Source of the DNA: Asterias rubens
Lineage: Eukaryota
Direction of reading: 5' to 3'
Length of the DNA stretch: 64,000 nt
Assembly (NCBI RefSeq): GCF_902459465.1
Contig: NC_047068.1
Location: 18,662,001 to 18,726,000, forward strand
Notes under the pieces: model-generated
What the model was told of the DNA's origin: nothing
What the model saw: the letters and a program-made list of their open reading frames with translations, nothing else
The model's database searches: none
Shown here: one piece after another, positions 23,101-38,100 of the stretch
How the letters are laid out: each line of letters begins with the position of its first letter
Position numbering within the stretch: the stretch's first letter is position 1
Position numbers and translations under genes: made by a program

Positions 23101-26100
23101 CCCTTCTTTAGTAAAGACCATTCTCTAATCTATATGAGGAAAATCTAAATTTCTACTCAATCTTTTCATGACCATAACCTCTAAACTTAAACTGTCAATT
23201 TAGACCTTATCATCACTATTTTATCTTTTATTTTTATGAACAATTAAAATATGCCGTGAAGAATGAAAACATGATGGTTTTCATCAAAGAAATTTCAAAA
23301 ACAGTTAAAAAATTTGAAATGTACAGAACAAAATGAGTGTCTCACTTTAAAAAATTAGGTGTTTTGCAAACTGTCAACATTTCCTACTGGTGAAATGTCA
23401 CACAGGGTCAAAGAGATCAACAAACATAAAACATGTGATGTACTTCCTGGTATAAATTCAGTATAAAGGTAAATTCATGATCGCAATTATCACCTGACCC
23501 CTGCATACTGTATGTATGTTTACTTTCATTATTTGGTGCGAGAAAAAGTAAACATTATCTGACAATGGTAACATTATTATAAGCTTTTGGTATGAAACCA
23601 AAGATGCTTTGTAGCTCAAAAGCCTGAGGAAACCTGTAAACATGAACTTAAAGCCATTGGACCCTTTCGGTACAGAAAAAAAAAAAAGTTCACAGATTTA
23701 CAAATAACTTACAGGGTTCAGAAGGTAGTGGTAAAAGACTTCTCTTGAAATTATTCCATGAAATGCTTTACTTTTTGAGAAAACAGTAAAACAATATAAA
23801 TTCTCGTTAGCGAGAATTACGGATTTATTTTAAACACATGTCATGACACGGCGAAACGCGCGGATACAAGGGTGGGTTTTCCCGTTATTTTCTCCCGACT
23901 CCGATGACCGATTGAGCCTAAATTTTCACAGGTTTGTTAGATATAGAAGTTGTGATACACGAAGTGTGGGACTTGGACAACAATACTGTTTACCGAAAGG
24001 GTCCAATGGCTTTAAAGGGTACTTGAACGATATGTGAACCAGAAACAAGGTTAACGCCTACTCTTCCACAATGAGTTTTCTGAGTTGTTTTTACGAGCAC
24101 AATCAAAATCCTGGTAGTGGCTTACAGTCAGTCATGACAGAAGCTATAGACCTTGCTCAAGGACTTAAGACTGACTGGGCATCCAACCCAAACTCTGCTG
24201 ATCAGAAACTTTTGAGACTGACCTAAGGCCCGTTATGAAAAATAATCAAAAATATATATACAAAACTCAAATTTTTATATCCTGGTTCATGTACTGTGCT
24301 ATTATGATTGTATGAGACAATTGTCAATTTTCTGAACCGGATCCAAAAAACGAAATACCACAGCCAACAATTTGTTAGTACAATTGGTATTCTTTCCTTG
24401 TGCATGCCTTTAAAACCTGTCCAAGAAAATATCATGAAAACTAAAATGTGAACACTCACTGTGTTTAACTCTTGAAGATGATTACCTAGAAACTGGCCAC
24501 CTGTTAATTACATAATTATTTTTTAAACAAATTTCACTTTAATAAGTGAGTATGCCAAACTTTATCCTCTAACAGCTTATAAAAATATAATATCATTTCA
24601 TGGCATAAGTGCATGCATTCATGGCGACAGTATCATGATGAATATTCTAGGGATGCGTTGATGCATGACATAATTCTAGTGATATTAAGATACTCGATGA
24701 CTTCGCTTATTCTAAGAATCAGGTACTAAGTGTGTATGCATGGCTCAAATTTAGGGGGAAATCCACCTGACTATAGGTGTTAGTTACTCTTATTCTATCT
24801 CAGGGTATGCTTAAATGTGAAATCCACCTAACTACAGGTCTTAGTTACTCTTATTCTATCTCAGGGTATGCTTAAATGTGAAATCCACCTGACTACAGGT
24901 CTTAGTTACTCTTATTCTATCTCAGGGTATGCTTAAATGTGAAATCCACCTGACTACAGGTCTTAGTTACTCTTATTCTATCTCAGGGTATGCTTAAATG
25001 TGAAATCCACCTGACTACAGGTAGTTACTCTTATTCTATCTCAGGGTATGCTCAAATGTTTTACTGGAGCAGAATTTGTTTAATTAACAAGAGAAATTGT
25101 AATCAAAATGAGGAATAAATTTCTACAGACTTTAATGTTTTTTAATTAACAAGAGAAATTGTAATCAAAATGAGGAATAAATTTCTACAGACTTTAATGT
25201 TTTTATTTGAACAAGCACTATTCCTAAGATAAGACTTGTTTCATAAGACTTGGAGATATTTACCAGACTAAAAGTTAACGTCATCTTGACTTAATTTTAG
25301 TTTGTCAAGATTTACAGAGAACTTTGGTATAATTTTTATTCAGTTCAAAAACACAAACCCACCTAAACTATGATCATTAGTTCACTAGCCCACTGCTAAA
25401 TCCACTGGCTTCAGTCCAGTGGCCTCAGTCCAGTAAATACACGCCTGAAGTATTCATCCAAGCTCTGTATGCACTTTGTGCAGCAACAGACAGGTCAGTA
25501 GGCACTGTGGTTGATCATCAATCAATTATTATTATTTATTATCAACTTTGAATCTCTCTCTCAAGTATTCGTCAATATTGTCTGATTATATGACTTTTTG
25601 TCTGATATCTCGATGATGGGTAGATGATGATTGTTGAATGATGTATACCAATCTACCAGTAACATTATTATCCAAACTCCATTTTTGTATCTAGATTCAG
25701 AAATATTACATTTAGTCCAGTGCAGTGCCTAATGGCAGAAGGGGTTGGCTGGCTCTAGCAGTTTTAGTAATTTTGAAGTACAAGAAAGTTGTATGCAATA
25801 AAGTGGCTCAGATTAAAACAAGATTGCACCACTACTGACATTTGTGTTGAGCTAGAATTATACCCAAAGTATTGTTTTCCAAATTTCTTACCTTCCTACT
25901 TTTTATGAAAAGTAAACCTATCAATGTTCTGATTAGTTTCTTAAAAAATGATTTTCAATTCAGTTGTTTACAGCCTAATGCCTTTTTTCTGGTTAAACTT
26001 TCATTACATCCTCCAGGGCTCATGGTGATTTATTTCAATTGTGATGCAATAAAATATGTGTTTCTTTTTAACTTCCTTAGGCTCTGTTTCTATGGCTTTA

Positions 26101-29100
26101 GCCTTCCAGCTTCATATTCACTCTCTCATTCAAAAGACTACTAATTCTTGACTAGTTTTCTATCAACAACGACATATGCTGAAGCATCATGACTTGCAGT
26201 ATTTGTTCAGTGGATTGAATCAATCTTCAGACAATTGCCAGTCTCTATGCTTGAACAGACCAGAAGTGTTACAGGTGAATAAACAGTGTCAGCCTAAGGG
26301 CATTTTGTTTCACCTGATGATCAATCAGGAATAGACACGACTATGATTTATTAATCTGTTCATTATTTTAATAATCTCTTATTAAGTAAATATAATCTGA
26401 CAACAGTGACAATGTACTTCAGTCAACTAATGATAAGATAATAAATAACGCTCTGATATTAAACAACCTTTATGTCACTCAACACAAAGTGCACACATAA
26501 CATTTATTAGAACATCCTATAAACTTCTATCCTTGACATAGTGACACAAATTTTTTAATATAGGAGTCCATGTCAACATATAGGATGCTTGACTTTGGAC
26601 AAATCTGCAATGCTGTGACTGTTTCCACGGCAGTTACATCTAGCAGGCCTATTTGTGTATTTACGTGGGGAAAAAACCTAATAATTGGTAAACATTAAGT
26701 TGCCAAGGACATTTTTAAAACAAATTATTTTGACAAAAATACACCATTTTTATTTGTAACAGTGTGATGCTGTGATGATAAATGTTGGACAGTGACCGAT
26801 GCTCATGAAACAAAATTTGCCTGAATTTAGCCTGGTTCATACTTCCTGCGAATGCAATGCGATGCGAATTTGCCGTGAATTTGCCATCACAACTCTGTTT
26901 TCGCTGAGATACAATGTATTGGCAAGAGACTTGGGCACAACTCAACCCCTGCAAATTATTCGTTGCGAATTTGTGACGTCAACATTTGTATCGCATTCAC
27001 ATTCACAGGAAGTATGAACCGGGCTTATGTCTGTATCTCTTTTCAGTTCACTTCTTTCCACCTGACTGGCTTCTGTTTTTTAATACACTATGGAGACCGC
27101 TATGTAGTGTGTGTTGTGCTGTTATTTAAAGGAACACGTTGCCTTGGATCGGTCGAGTTGGTCTTTGAAAAGCGTTCTGTAACCGTTTGTTGTAAAATGT
27201 ATATGGTTAGAAAGATATTGTAAAAGTAGAATACAATGATCTACACAAATAGGCCCCCTATGCCTCGAAATTGCGTGGTTTTCTTTTTACCCTGTCGACT
27301 AACAAGGTCGGCCATTTATGGGAGTCAAAAGTTTGACTCCCATAAATGGCCGACCGTGATAGTTCGCGACGTAAAAGGAAAACCGTGCAATTTCGAGTGA
27401 TACTTGTGTGGATCATATATTCTACTTTTAAAACATCTTTCTAACCATATGCATTTTATAACAAACCAATCCAAGGCAACGTGTTCCTTTAATAGCCTTG
27501 GCACATGTTTCGAAAAAACTCTGCTACAACGAAATATTTAGGCCACTATCAATTTTGCTCAGAGCAATAAAAAACGCTGAAATTGCAAAGAACTTTTGAA
27601 AGGACTTCTGTAGTGTGGCGTTTCAAACATAGCTCATAAATTTATCTCTCTCATCAACATTCTTATTCAGTTCAATGAGTGTTTATTTATGCAATGACAC
27701 AGCATTTCCATTGAAGGCAAAATCAAGGTCAAATAGAAATGGTAGGCTAAAGAATGCTTGGACTGGCAACTGGTTTTGGATACCATAAATCATGGGGAAT
27801 ATTAATTTTAGTGCTTTACTGGAGCTTGGGTGATCTATGCTTGAACCTTAAATGATAAATAATAATAATAATAATAATAGTGGCAATTTATAATGCGCCA
27901 TGTCTGTCTAAAAGACACTCCTGGCGCAGGAGAGATGCCGAAGCCAGAATGCAAAGAATATAGTTAAGCACACAAATAAGTTTTCAAATGGGTTTTGAAG
28001 CTGGAATATGTAGTGAGTTGTCGGAGTTTAGGGGGGAGTTCGTTCATTCTAAACAGTCAACCATTCAGTATCAGGATGTGTATAGCACATTCAGACATTC
28101 CAGCATAGTCGTAAGAATGTGATGATTTTTGTTTTTAACAAACTTGTCCCTCTGCAAAACCCCACAGGGAAAATTGTGTTAAATTCATTGACAAATTCAA
28201 GAAAAGTTCCCCTTAAACACCAGCTGATTTCCAAGTACACTGTACCATGGAGGTAAACATGACTGTACCATGTATTTGAATTCTCATATTTTTCACTGTA
28301 CTACTACAAGGACAACTTGTATATAAAAATGACACTTACTGTATTCAATATACAATTTTAATTTGCTGCATAAATGCCTTTGGGTAACAGTCTAGACAGA
28401 GATTTGTTTTGAATTAAGGGGGCGGGGGGGGGGGTTACATAATCATAATGTAATGTTCTGAGCTTGTCAAATCTATTTGCATAGATTCTTAACACAGGAG
28501 AGAGCCAATAATCTAAGTGAAAATAAAATAAAATATATTTTAGGTTTTTTTTCAACAAGTTCCTTCCTCCATGATTCAAGGATTCGGGTACTTTTTCAAA
28601 ATGTCCATAGATTTACATTAAACTTACACAGTTTGAAGATAATGATAGTGGAAAGCTTCCCTTCAAATATTACTTACTGAGGTGCTGTAGTTTTTGAGAA
28701 ATTAGTAAATATTTGTAAATGATTAAAATAATTTTCGTCTCATGAGACGAAAATTATTTTCATTACATTGTTTTACTCATTTCTCAAAAACTACAGCACC
28801 TCAGCACGTAATATTTTCAGGGAAGCTTTCTACTATCATTATCTTCAAACTGTGTAAGTTTAGTGTAAATCTGTAGACATTGTGTTTTTTGTCCTACAAA
28901 AGTTACATAAACCCTTTAAACTGAAAACCTTCCCAGTCTACAGTAGCCTAATTCATAAATGGATTTAAAAATATGATTCAAAGTGCGTGTGGGAATCTTA
29001 CCCTATAACTTTCTAGGCCTTAAAAAAAACAAGTTGTAAATATAGGCCTGCAAATTACAAATTGAATGATTTTGGAGATTGCTTGGCAGTGGTTGCCTAG

Positions 29101-32100
29101 TAACCATAGATACATGACACTGTTGCAATGTCTGTGTGCATATAAGTGTCCATGTGAGAAGATGACAGATCAAACAATGTAAGGATGTGCAAGTTTTTTA
29201 AACATGATTTTTTAAATTAGTTTTCAAGGCAAATATATGTTGCATATATATTATGAAAAAGTCAAATTCTTCTTGAATTCTTGATGAAAAATGCATTATT
29301 GTAAAATATGGTTGAACTTTTGCAGGAGAGATTAAAGTGAAGTACACAAGGATTTGGTTGGCCTTGTTCTTGCACTGCTTACTGTTTAACCCCTGTAAAT
29401 TATTGACGAAGTATTCTTGTATAAATTATGTTTTATAACATCCACATGTAGGCCTATGGTTTTCTTTCTTTTTATTGTTTTTATTTTACATCTTATGTGT
29501 AACAGAATCTGGGTTGGCACAAAAGTTGACCTTTTTAACAAAACATTAAAATCCCTAGGAGGATTACCCACACAAGTTAATGGAAGCCACTCAGTATCAA
29601 GATTATGGTGATGGAAAGAGAAACGTCAGAAGACACTCAGTATCAAGATCATGGTGATGGAAAGAGAAATGTCAGAAGACATCCTCACCAAGGCTTCACA
29701 CAAATTAAATCAATGAGCCAGCATGCTATGCATTCCAGTCACCAAGCCATGCAAGCTACAGCATTGACATTGAACTAGGATGGGTAGAAATGTGAAGAAT
29801 ACACTGTGAGAGATAAGATGATGTTGCAAAAACTGTCATTGCAGATTTGGATTTGATTGAGTGATAAACTTTAATGAACAGAGACATTTAGTCTTATGTA
29901 GCGTCACATGTGACTGAAACTGTCAGGATTATTTTCAGCTATCAATATTTTAATTTAAGTCGGATTTTAAGCTGTGAGAGTGAATAAAATAATTGAAAAT
30001 ATTATTTGTAAGTGAAACCATGTGCAGGAAAAATTTTCTTTGAAGAAGTGATGTTTTTTCCCAAGAAGAATTTATAACGGCAAACTCACTGCATCGATTA
30101 ACTTTTCCTGTATAAACTAAAAACAAAATAATTGAGCTTAGTGATTTTAAATTTGAGGAAACTGTATCCAAATATTCTTACTTTTTTTTAAATACAATGT
30201 TTGCAAAGAGAAGTTCACTCATTCAATCTCAATCACTCTTATACTGTACAATGCAGTTATTTTAGAACTTCTGTCAACATGCCTTCTTGCTATTTTATAT
30301 ACTAGATCCCATTCCTACAGCCAGCGGCATAATTGTTGCTTTATGGGTGAACCAAAATCAATCCATCTTATTGGCAGCGAACCGATCAGCTTTCAAGTGT
30401 TTATCAAATAGTGAATGACTTACAGTTATGTCAGGCCATAGTCAGGCACTCTCAAAACAAGATACAGGAGGTTAAAAGGGTTGTCTTTGAAAATAAGCTT
30501 TTGAAAATCAAAATAGCTTGAATGCCAGAGTTAAAGGTACTTTACATACAAGCAGAAAGTCAAACTAAGCAAGAACAGTGCCTGACTGTAACCTGGGAAA
30601 CACTGAAACTAGTCAATCACACAAAACCCTAAACTTAGTAGAGGACACTTTACTTGATATTGATCAATTCTCTTTTCATCTCAAGACTTTCTTTGTTTCT
30701 TTGTGTTGTTTTGACCTACTTGTCTTCATGTTTCTTTCTTGTAAGGTCAAGGCAGTTTCCTCTCAGTAAAGGACAAAATCTCTACATAAGTGTAAGGGCA
30801 ATTTACATTTGTACAGTAACACTTCAAGGGGCCTCAAGGCAGTGGACCAGGGGCATTGAGACAATTCCTCTGTTGTCCCCATCAAGTATCAAATGGCTTG
30901 ACTCAATTTCAGTATTTGAAGAAAAGAAATTACTTTTCAAAACTCAGTTGGTGGCAAATACTTTAAAGACATTGGGCTTCAAAAGAGAAAGTGAACATGT
31001 ACTTTTAAATGAGGCACATCATCGTACTTTTAACCTACATGTGTATCACGCTTCTCTTTTGACAAACAGTGAAGCGATACAAAGTATACATGCAAGATTT
31101 GTAAAGTAGGTTGATTTGACATCCTATGTACGGAATTTACTAAATGTCAAAGGGGTTGGAACAAATTAGCCTCCCTGTTAATCTAGACACCTAGCACCTG
31201 TCATAATTGTCTAAATATAACTCACCAATCTGACATGAAATATTAAACCGTGACATTTCCACATTGAATCAGTCTTTGCTAAATATACTCAGTCCTTAAA
31301 TGCACTGTTTTCTTGTAAGGATGTGGCAATTTTTTCCCAAGTAAGGACACTATGGAGGAGTCAAAAGAAACTATTATAGGCAACGCACCACTTGGGCAAA
31401 AACCAGAGGGATAGAGGCAATTGTCTACAAAGAGGCCTCTGTATCAGGTAGCTCAATCTCACAAAACACAAGGCTATCGCAGTTTTCACTTTGTAGTGCA
31501 ATTGCACAAAGGGAAAACAAACTCCACAAAAAACAAATAAATAAATAAATGAAAATAATATGGCATTTATAAGCACTCTCAATGTTATAAAAATCCATCT
31601 TTTAAAACTAAATTGAGAAAATTCAATATTCATTCATGATTTTAAAAGTGAGTGGTCTGTTTTGTAATCTGTTAAAGTTGCACGACCCACTTCTCATCAA
31701 ACCTTTTATTTTTTAAGAATTGTTTCTCTGAATGAATTGACAATGCGGCTGATTCGGAACGATTCATTAGTTCATTGGATGGCATGATTGATGGTTTGTG
31801 CTTATTTCTACATCAAGCATAGAGAGAGAGAAGGACCTCTTAGACCAGTGTCAGCCTCAATGGATGATTTCAAGAACATGATGAGCTGGCTCATTATGGC
31901 AGAAAACATAAGACATGAGACAAAATTTGCATGCGCCCCAGACAATGCACAAAATACATACTAGTGTATTTTAATTTTTTTAGATACTAAAAACCTAAAG
32001 TGCATTTTCACTGTATCCTCCGTATGACCCTCCACTACCTCCAGTCAAAACTCAATCATAAATTTTGGAGGAAAACCAACCAAGAACCAAGAACTGTTTT

Positions 32101-35100
32101 TGTAACAATAAAATAGATTAACAAACTACTCACATGCAATTATTGTTTGTATAAAAAAATATGCGTAGTGGCTGTGTATGTGGGATAACGTCAGGATCGA
32201 GACAACAACTTACTTTTAGTTTCCTACCGTTTTGCCATAGTGTACATCACTCACAACTTTTTTGTTAGGCCTAAACACCTCAAATGAAAGCTGAAAAAAA
32301 AACTTTCTTAAAACTACAAAACCAGCCATTTTAAATCTTCATTTTACATTTTAACACATACGTTGTGTGTTTTGTCATAGACTTGGAATGAATGAACTCT
32401 TTGAGAATCAAACGATGTGATTATCAATCATAAGAAGCCACCTCTTCCGCACACCTAAACAACAAACTCAACTCACCAAGTTTTGCTAGAGTTGCTATCA
32501 TAATCCAGATACAGATTCCATACGACGTTTGAACCTCATCCCATTCAATACTAGCCACCATGAAGCGAGAATTGTTACCCAGGGCGCCATGGCAACCTTC
32601 ACCCCCTTCTTCATGCTCTTCAATCCCTCGATCCGCAGCATTTGTGGCTGACACACCAATGATGACAAGGAGCAGAAGTATTAATAGGCGATGCCAATAC
32701 ATCTTCAAGTTCTACTTCAGACTTTCTTCTTGTGGCATAGCGGCAAACGTCTTGGAGAGTTTATATTAAATATTCATCTCCTGAAAGAGAAGGTGTTAAC
32801 TGAGTTAACTACATGTGTAGAGCGTCTTCTCTAGGCCCCTCTCTCAATACTAGATTTTCAGAAACAAATTAGTATATTGCCACCACCTTTTCAGTTGTTA
32901 TGAAATAAATTAATTTCTAGTTTACTCAAATGAGATACTCCTTTTTTTGATTAGTGAAACACTCGTGACAGAATGCGGAAATCTTTTACAAAATTTCAAC
33001 GAAGAAATGCAATTTATATGAAAATTAATATTTTTAATTCACTCCTGAATGGAACACATCTGGTGAGAAAAATATAATCAATAAAGTGTATGAAGCAAGT
33101 AGTGAAGATTAACTCCAACTTTTTTAATGTTGCACAAGAGATTTGTGTTTTTCCCTGAAACTGAAGTGAATGAACTCATGGAGGAAGGATTTACCTTTAT
33201 TGTCCACCTAGTTCAACCAACCATGGTTCAACTCAATATTAAATCAACACACATTGTAATGCAATAGAATCTTCTAGGTGGTTGATCTTACAACAGGAAA
33301 TTCTGAAACTTAGTGGCATGTTTATTTCCCTGAAACCAAGATGCAATATTAAGTCACACAGGCTCTGATCAACCTGTTGTAGTGTTGATATAGAGCCTAG
33401 TTTAGAGAGGTAGAATTACATAATAAGTATGACAGTAAACACTGACAAATTTAAGTATTTCTTCATTGAGCAGTGCTCATGGTATTATATAGAGCAAGGA
33501 CTAAACTTCCCGATTTCAAACTACATGTAGTGTTAAAGTTAATAATGTTTATATAAAACACGTTTTTAACACATCACATTACACTACATTGTATAAGGCT
33601 ACTAAATTATTATACGAGATACGACGACGACCTACTTCCGTGTATCATGGCACTTCAAAGCTAACCACACGTACCACCTGGCTCCACAAGCATGAAAACA
33701 TTCAGTCTCTTTTAGTTGTAGTCCTTTTAGTTACTCCCTTCGCATCCAGTTTCTGCACGTCCTAACTCAAAACACGTCTCTAAGTAGTGTCTTTAAAACC
33801 TTGCCATCAATTGTATTTCATAACATTTCACTGACTGTACAAGATCCACTGAGCCGTGGACATGGTGGATAGAGTATTTAGGAGTAGGAGGTGGTTTACT
33901 GGATGGACCAAAAACTACAATCTGACAATGCAATCATAACTTTTAATTCAAACGGTCATCCATGTCAGAATGTCTTTTTATGTGGCTACTTCTACCTCCA
34001 CCGGTGTCTGGGTCCGGTTTCCGAACACAGTTGTTCTGAAATAGCACGTAACGCAGTCAACGAAAAGACCGAGTGCTGTCAATGATTGGGACGCCGAAGC
34101 AAAGTGTCGATACACGGTACGCTGTGGCCTCTACGCACGACGGACTAGACTATATTACGGCGACAAACGAGGAAATAAAATACAATTGAAAATACCTAAA
34201 TAACAATTATATACACAAACTTACCAAAGTGCTGTGTTGTTTTATTTGCCTCATTAAATAAGTCCCCGGTCCTTGCATGTTTCCATTTCAGTACGCTGTG
34301 TTGAAAATCTGCTTTATCTGTCGGTCGTTTTGTTGTATTTTGTCATCAGCAGATTTACCTGGATTGAGTTATATGGACAATACACCACCAACTGCACGTA
34401 TCACACTGCACTGTCATCAACACCGCCGCCGATACTCTTTTTCTAATTCGCGCCAGCATGCAGTGTGATGAGCCCTCCTCCCCTCGTCGTGCGTGTGTCC
34501 CATACGCGCACAAGTAACAATTTAAAGGAGAAAACGGACCTTTAATTTGTTAACCTTCGTTTTAAGGTTGTATTTAAAGAAAATATATATATATAAAGAA
34601 TGCAACAGTCATATCTTTTTCTAATAAAACGTTTTACTTTCAATTTTTAAATTTAACCAAAACATGAAACATTAGCAAATAAAAAATGATGGTCAGATAT
34701 TACATATTTCCCATTTTTTGTATTATAAAATAATTGGAGCAGCAATAAAGTCTAATGGGACTGGTACTTTAAGTTAAATAAAAAAATAGCTCCACTATCT
34801 GATCTGATCATTTTCAAATTTGTCGGAGATCATGACCAACAAATTAATTTGGACTCATAAAATCAAATTAATTTTTCATAGTTATAATCTGTAGATGGAT
34901 CTACGATGCTGCTGGTAGTATGTAGTAGCTATCCAATGTTATGCACAGTGTATTGCACCTAGCAATATTCTAATAATCCACTTTGTCCCTCCTTGGAGAT
35001 ATGTTTGTGTGCTTGTGGGATTCAAAATAGTCTTCATTGTTGTAAAGCAAAGAACGAATTAAATTAACTAAACCTAAAATAAAATAATTTAAACAAATAA

Positions 35101-38100
35101 AAAACAGGCACAAAATTCTGAGACTTAAAAAAAAAATATTGGTGTCAATAACACAAGCTTTTATTCTCTCAAAAGTGCATTTTAGCACAGGTTTATTGTT
35201 TATCAAATCAATTAACTTAAAATAAATGTGTGACAATTCCACAAATTGCTATTCTGTAAGGACATGTTTAAAGACACTGGACACTTTTAGTAATTGTCAA
35301 AGATAAGTCCTCTCACTCTGTGTATCTCAACACATGCACAAAATAACAAACCTGTGAAAAGTTGAGCTCAACTGGTCCTAGAAGTTGCAAGATAGGAAAA
35401 ACACACTTGTCACACTCTGTCACACGAAGTTGTGTGCTTTCAGATACTTGATTTCCAGACCTCAAATTTAATTCTGAAGGTCTTCAAATCAAATCCAAAT
35501 ATTTTAGCGGAAAATTACTTCTTTCTCAAAAACTATGTTACTTCAGAGGGAGCCGTTTCTCACAATACTGTCAACAGCTCTCTCCATTGCTTGTTACCAA
35601 GTAACTTTGTATGCAAATATTTATTTTGAGTAGTTAACAATAGTGTCCAGTGCCTTTAAGAGCTTAAAGATAAGATATATAGGATCGGTTGGTGGAAACA
35701 CCGCTGATATATTTTTAGTAAATGGTTGAGAAACTGCTGTTAGCCCACAATTTTTGCTCCCAAACTCTGACATACATTCAGTCAAATCTTACAAGAAAGT
35801 ATAAAAACCAAAGATACCTGTTACAAGAAAGGTATAAAAAACCAAAGATACCTGTAACAAGGAAAGTATAATAAACCTGTGCAACTAAGTTACCTGTGCA
35901 ACTAAGTTGATATGAGCAGCCATCAGTCTTATAAATGACTGGTAAACAGTCAATGCTACATCACTAGCTATGGTAGAGCTGTCCTCGTAGTGGTATAAAC
36001 TCTGCCAGTAGGACCGATCTCCCGGGGTACCAACAGGGTAAGAGCCGTACAGCCAAGAGTCTAACTGGTTGATAACAGCTTGGTTTATGATTGGTTCAAA
36101 CTTGCGGGCAAAGTAGGCTGGCCGATTAGGCTGTACAAAAGAGAAAAATAAAGAAAACACATATTTAAAATTTTGTGAAACCTCTATATATTTTTAATTC
36201 AAGGTACTATTGTCTGAAGAATAAAATGATTGAGAATATTTCTAAGTGTCTAGCTGAAAAACACGGCAGAGCAATGGATTGGACCTCTGTACTTAGAAGG
36301 CTTGTAGAACTAATGGAATACAACTTCTGATGCCCCAAGAGTTAATTCAAGGCTTTTTAGAAACAGTATTCACAGTTCTAGAGAAGTATACATACAATAT
36401 AAGTCTATTTTGAAGCCATTAAAACACAGTAATTACTACCCTGTTGGCAAGTCATTGCATCATATGCATGCATGTCAGCTGAATGCCTAAAGTTTCTGCT
36501 ACTTCCGGCACCATGGCAGGCATACATTTATGTGTAACTTGAGCTTGAGCCCAATCCGAGGTTTGGCAAAATAAAGGCTCAGGTAAGGACTGAAAACCCG
36601 GGCCAAATGCAAAGCTCCGATCTGAGCTTGGATTTGAATAGGGGTCGAAAGAGGTGAAGAAGGAAAAGAAACCACTGAGCCAACCTTAGCGTTAGCCTGA
36701 ACATATGGCATCTCCGAGGCTCTTGAATCACCTTTGACCTCACATCATTTCACATGACCTTCCTGGTTCTGGAGATTTGCAGTTAAATCTGACATACATG
36801 TGAATACATATAAAGCCAATACCTGTCCTTATCCGGGGACAGGGGATCAGTCTAAGCCAACCTAAACTCCCGGCTGATCCCCATCTTGTTGATTGTTTAC
36901 CTTGGTTTTATATAAATCTTCTGGTTTGAAGTCATTCGGAGAGCACCCACACCAGTCCACAATGTGCTTGTATTGACACTGACATCCAAGCTTGCGTTTC
37001 CAGTTTGTCACCCGAAGATTGTTATCCACAAAGGTCTTACATAGTTCACTGTTCTCAAGAACTGTATGAAAAAATGACTGCAATAAAACAATATAACAAG
37101 ATATTTTTTATTATAAAATACTCAAAGGTTTGTAAGATGTACAACTTACGAGAAAGACTCTACTATGGTTTAAACCTTCACACCATTTGTACCACAGGTC
37201 CTTTTGGTTAGTTAGCAAACTGCAAATAGCAATACTTTCTCTGAGTACAACTTTGGTCAAATTAGGAGAAACCTACTCATTTTAACCACATCTAAATGCA
37301 ATCATTAACGCTGAGAAATAATGCTTTTCATCATAAAAATTCAGACCTGGAAGGCCACACGGAGGCCCCCACCTCTGCTGCCTTTGTCTTGTACTTGTCG
37401 CCCCAAAATTTCCCAAAGATTGAAAAGATTTCCAAATGAAAGAGCCCTTTTCAAAATAAAAATGGCATTGTCCTCCAAAAGATGAAATTCCAGGCCTGAA
37501 ACCAGGACATCATAAATCCACTATGGCCTAAACATTTAAGACACAATCGGTAGCTACACATAAAAAAGCACCTTCACAATACCACTATAGGATTAGGATT
37601 GTGTACAGCAGAACATCATGTTATACCATCAGCAGATTAAGTCAAAACACACATGTTTCTAGTACTAGGTTACACTTAAATAAAATGAACATGTACACTG
37701 AACTTGACCCTGAGTTTATCCAAATCCAATCACTGAAGATAAATAGCAAGAGTCCAATGGGATTATTGGTGGGTTTCATCAAGGTCAGATTTTATATAGC
37801 AGCAGGTATTAATTTTGATGTAGATTTACTTTTCACCTTCGGAGTCCCTATGGGAATGTATTTTTGTGTACAAAATAAATTACTATTTAATGTTTGAGTC
37901 AGTAAACAATTTTGTCCAAAGGCACGTGAATGTATCCAGAGTTATAAGACCGCACAGTTTGAAGTTAATTCTGTTTTAGAGGAAGTACAAGTAAGTGAAC
38001 CACTTATCTACTGTCACGTTGGCAGATTTTCCAATGGCTTGTGATTTTTTTAAGGTACCTGAAACCTACCAAATTCTTTAGGTTCAAGGCCCGGTCACAC

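Noticed and set aside
26310-26335. CTGATGA as a hammerhead core
   Set aside because: No stem II followed by GAAA and no cleavage triplet or stem I
32424-32476. C-terminal part of ORF 32424-32708 ([16 protein letters not shown]) as a complete small protein
   Set aside because: Read-through into intron past a consensus G|gtgagt donor; NHE homology continues in the exon at 22501
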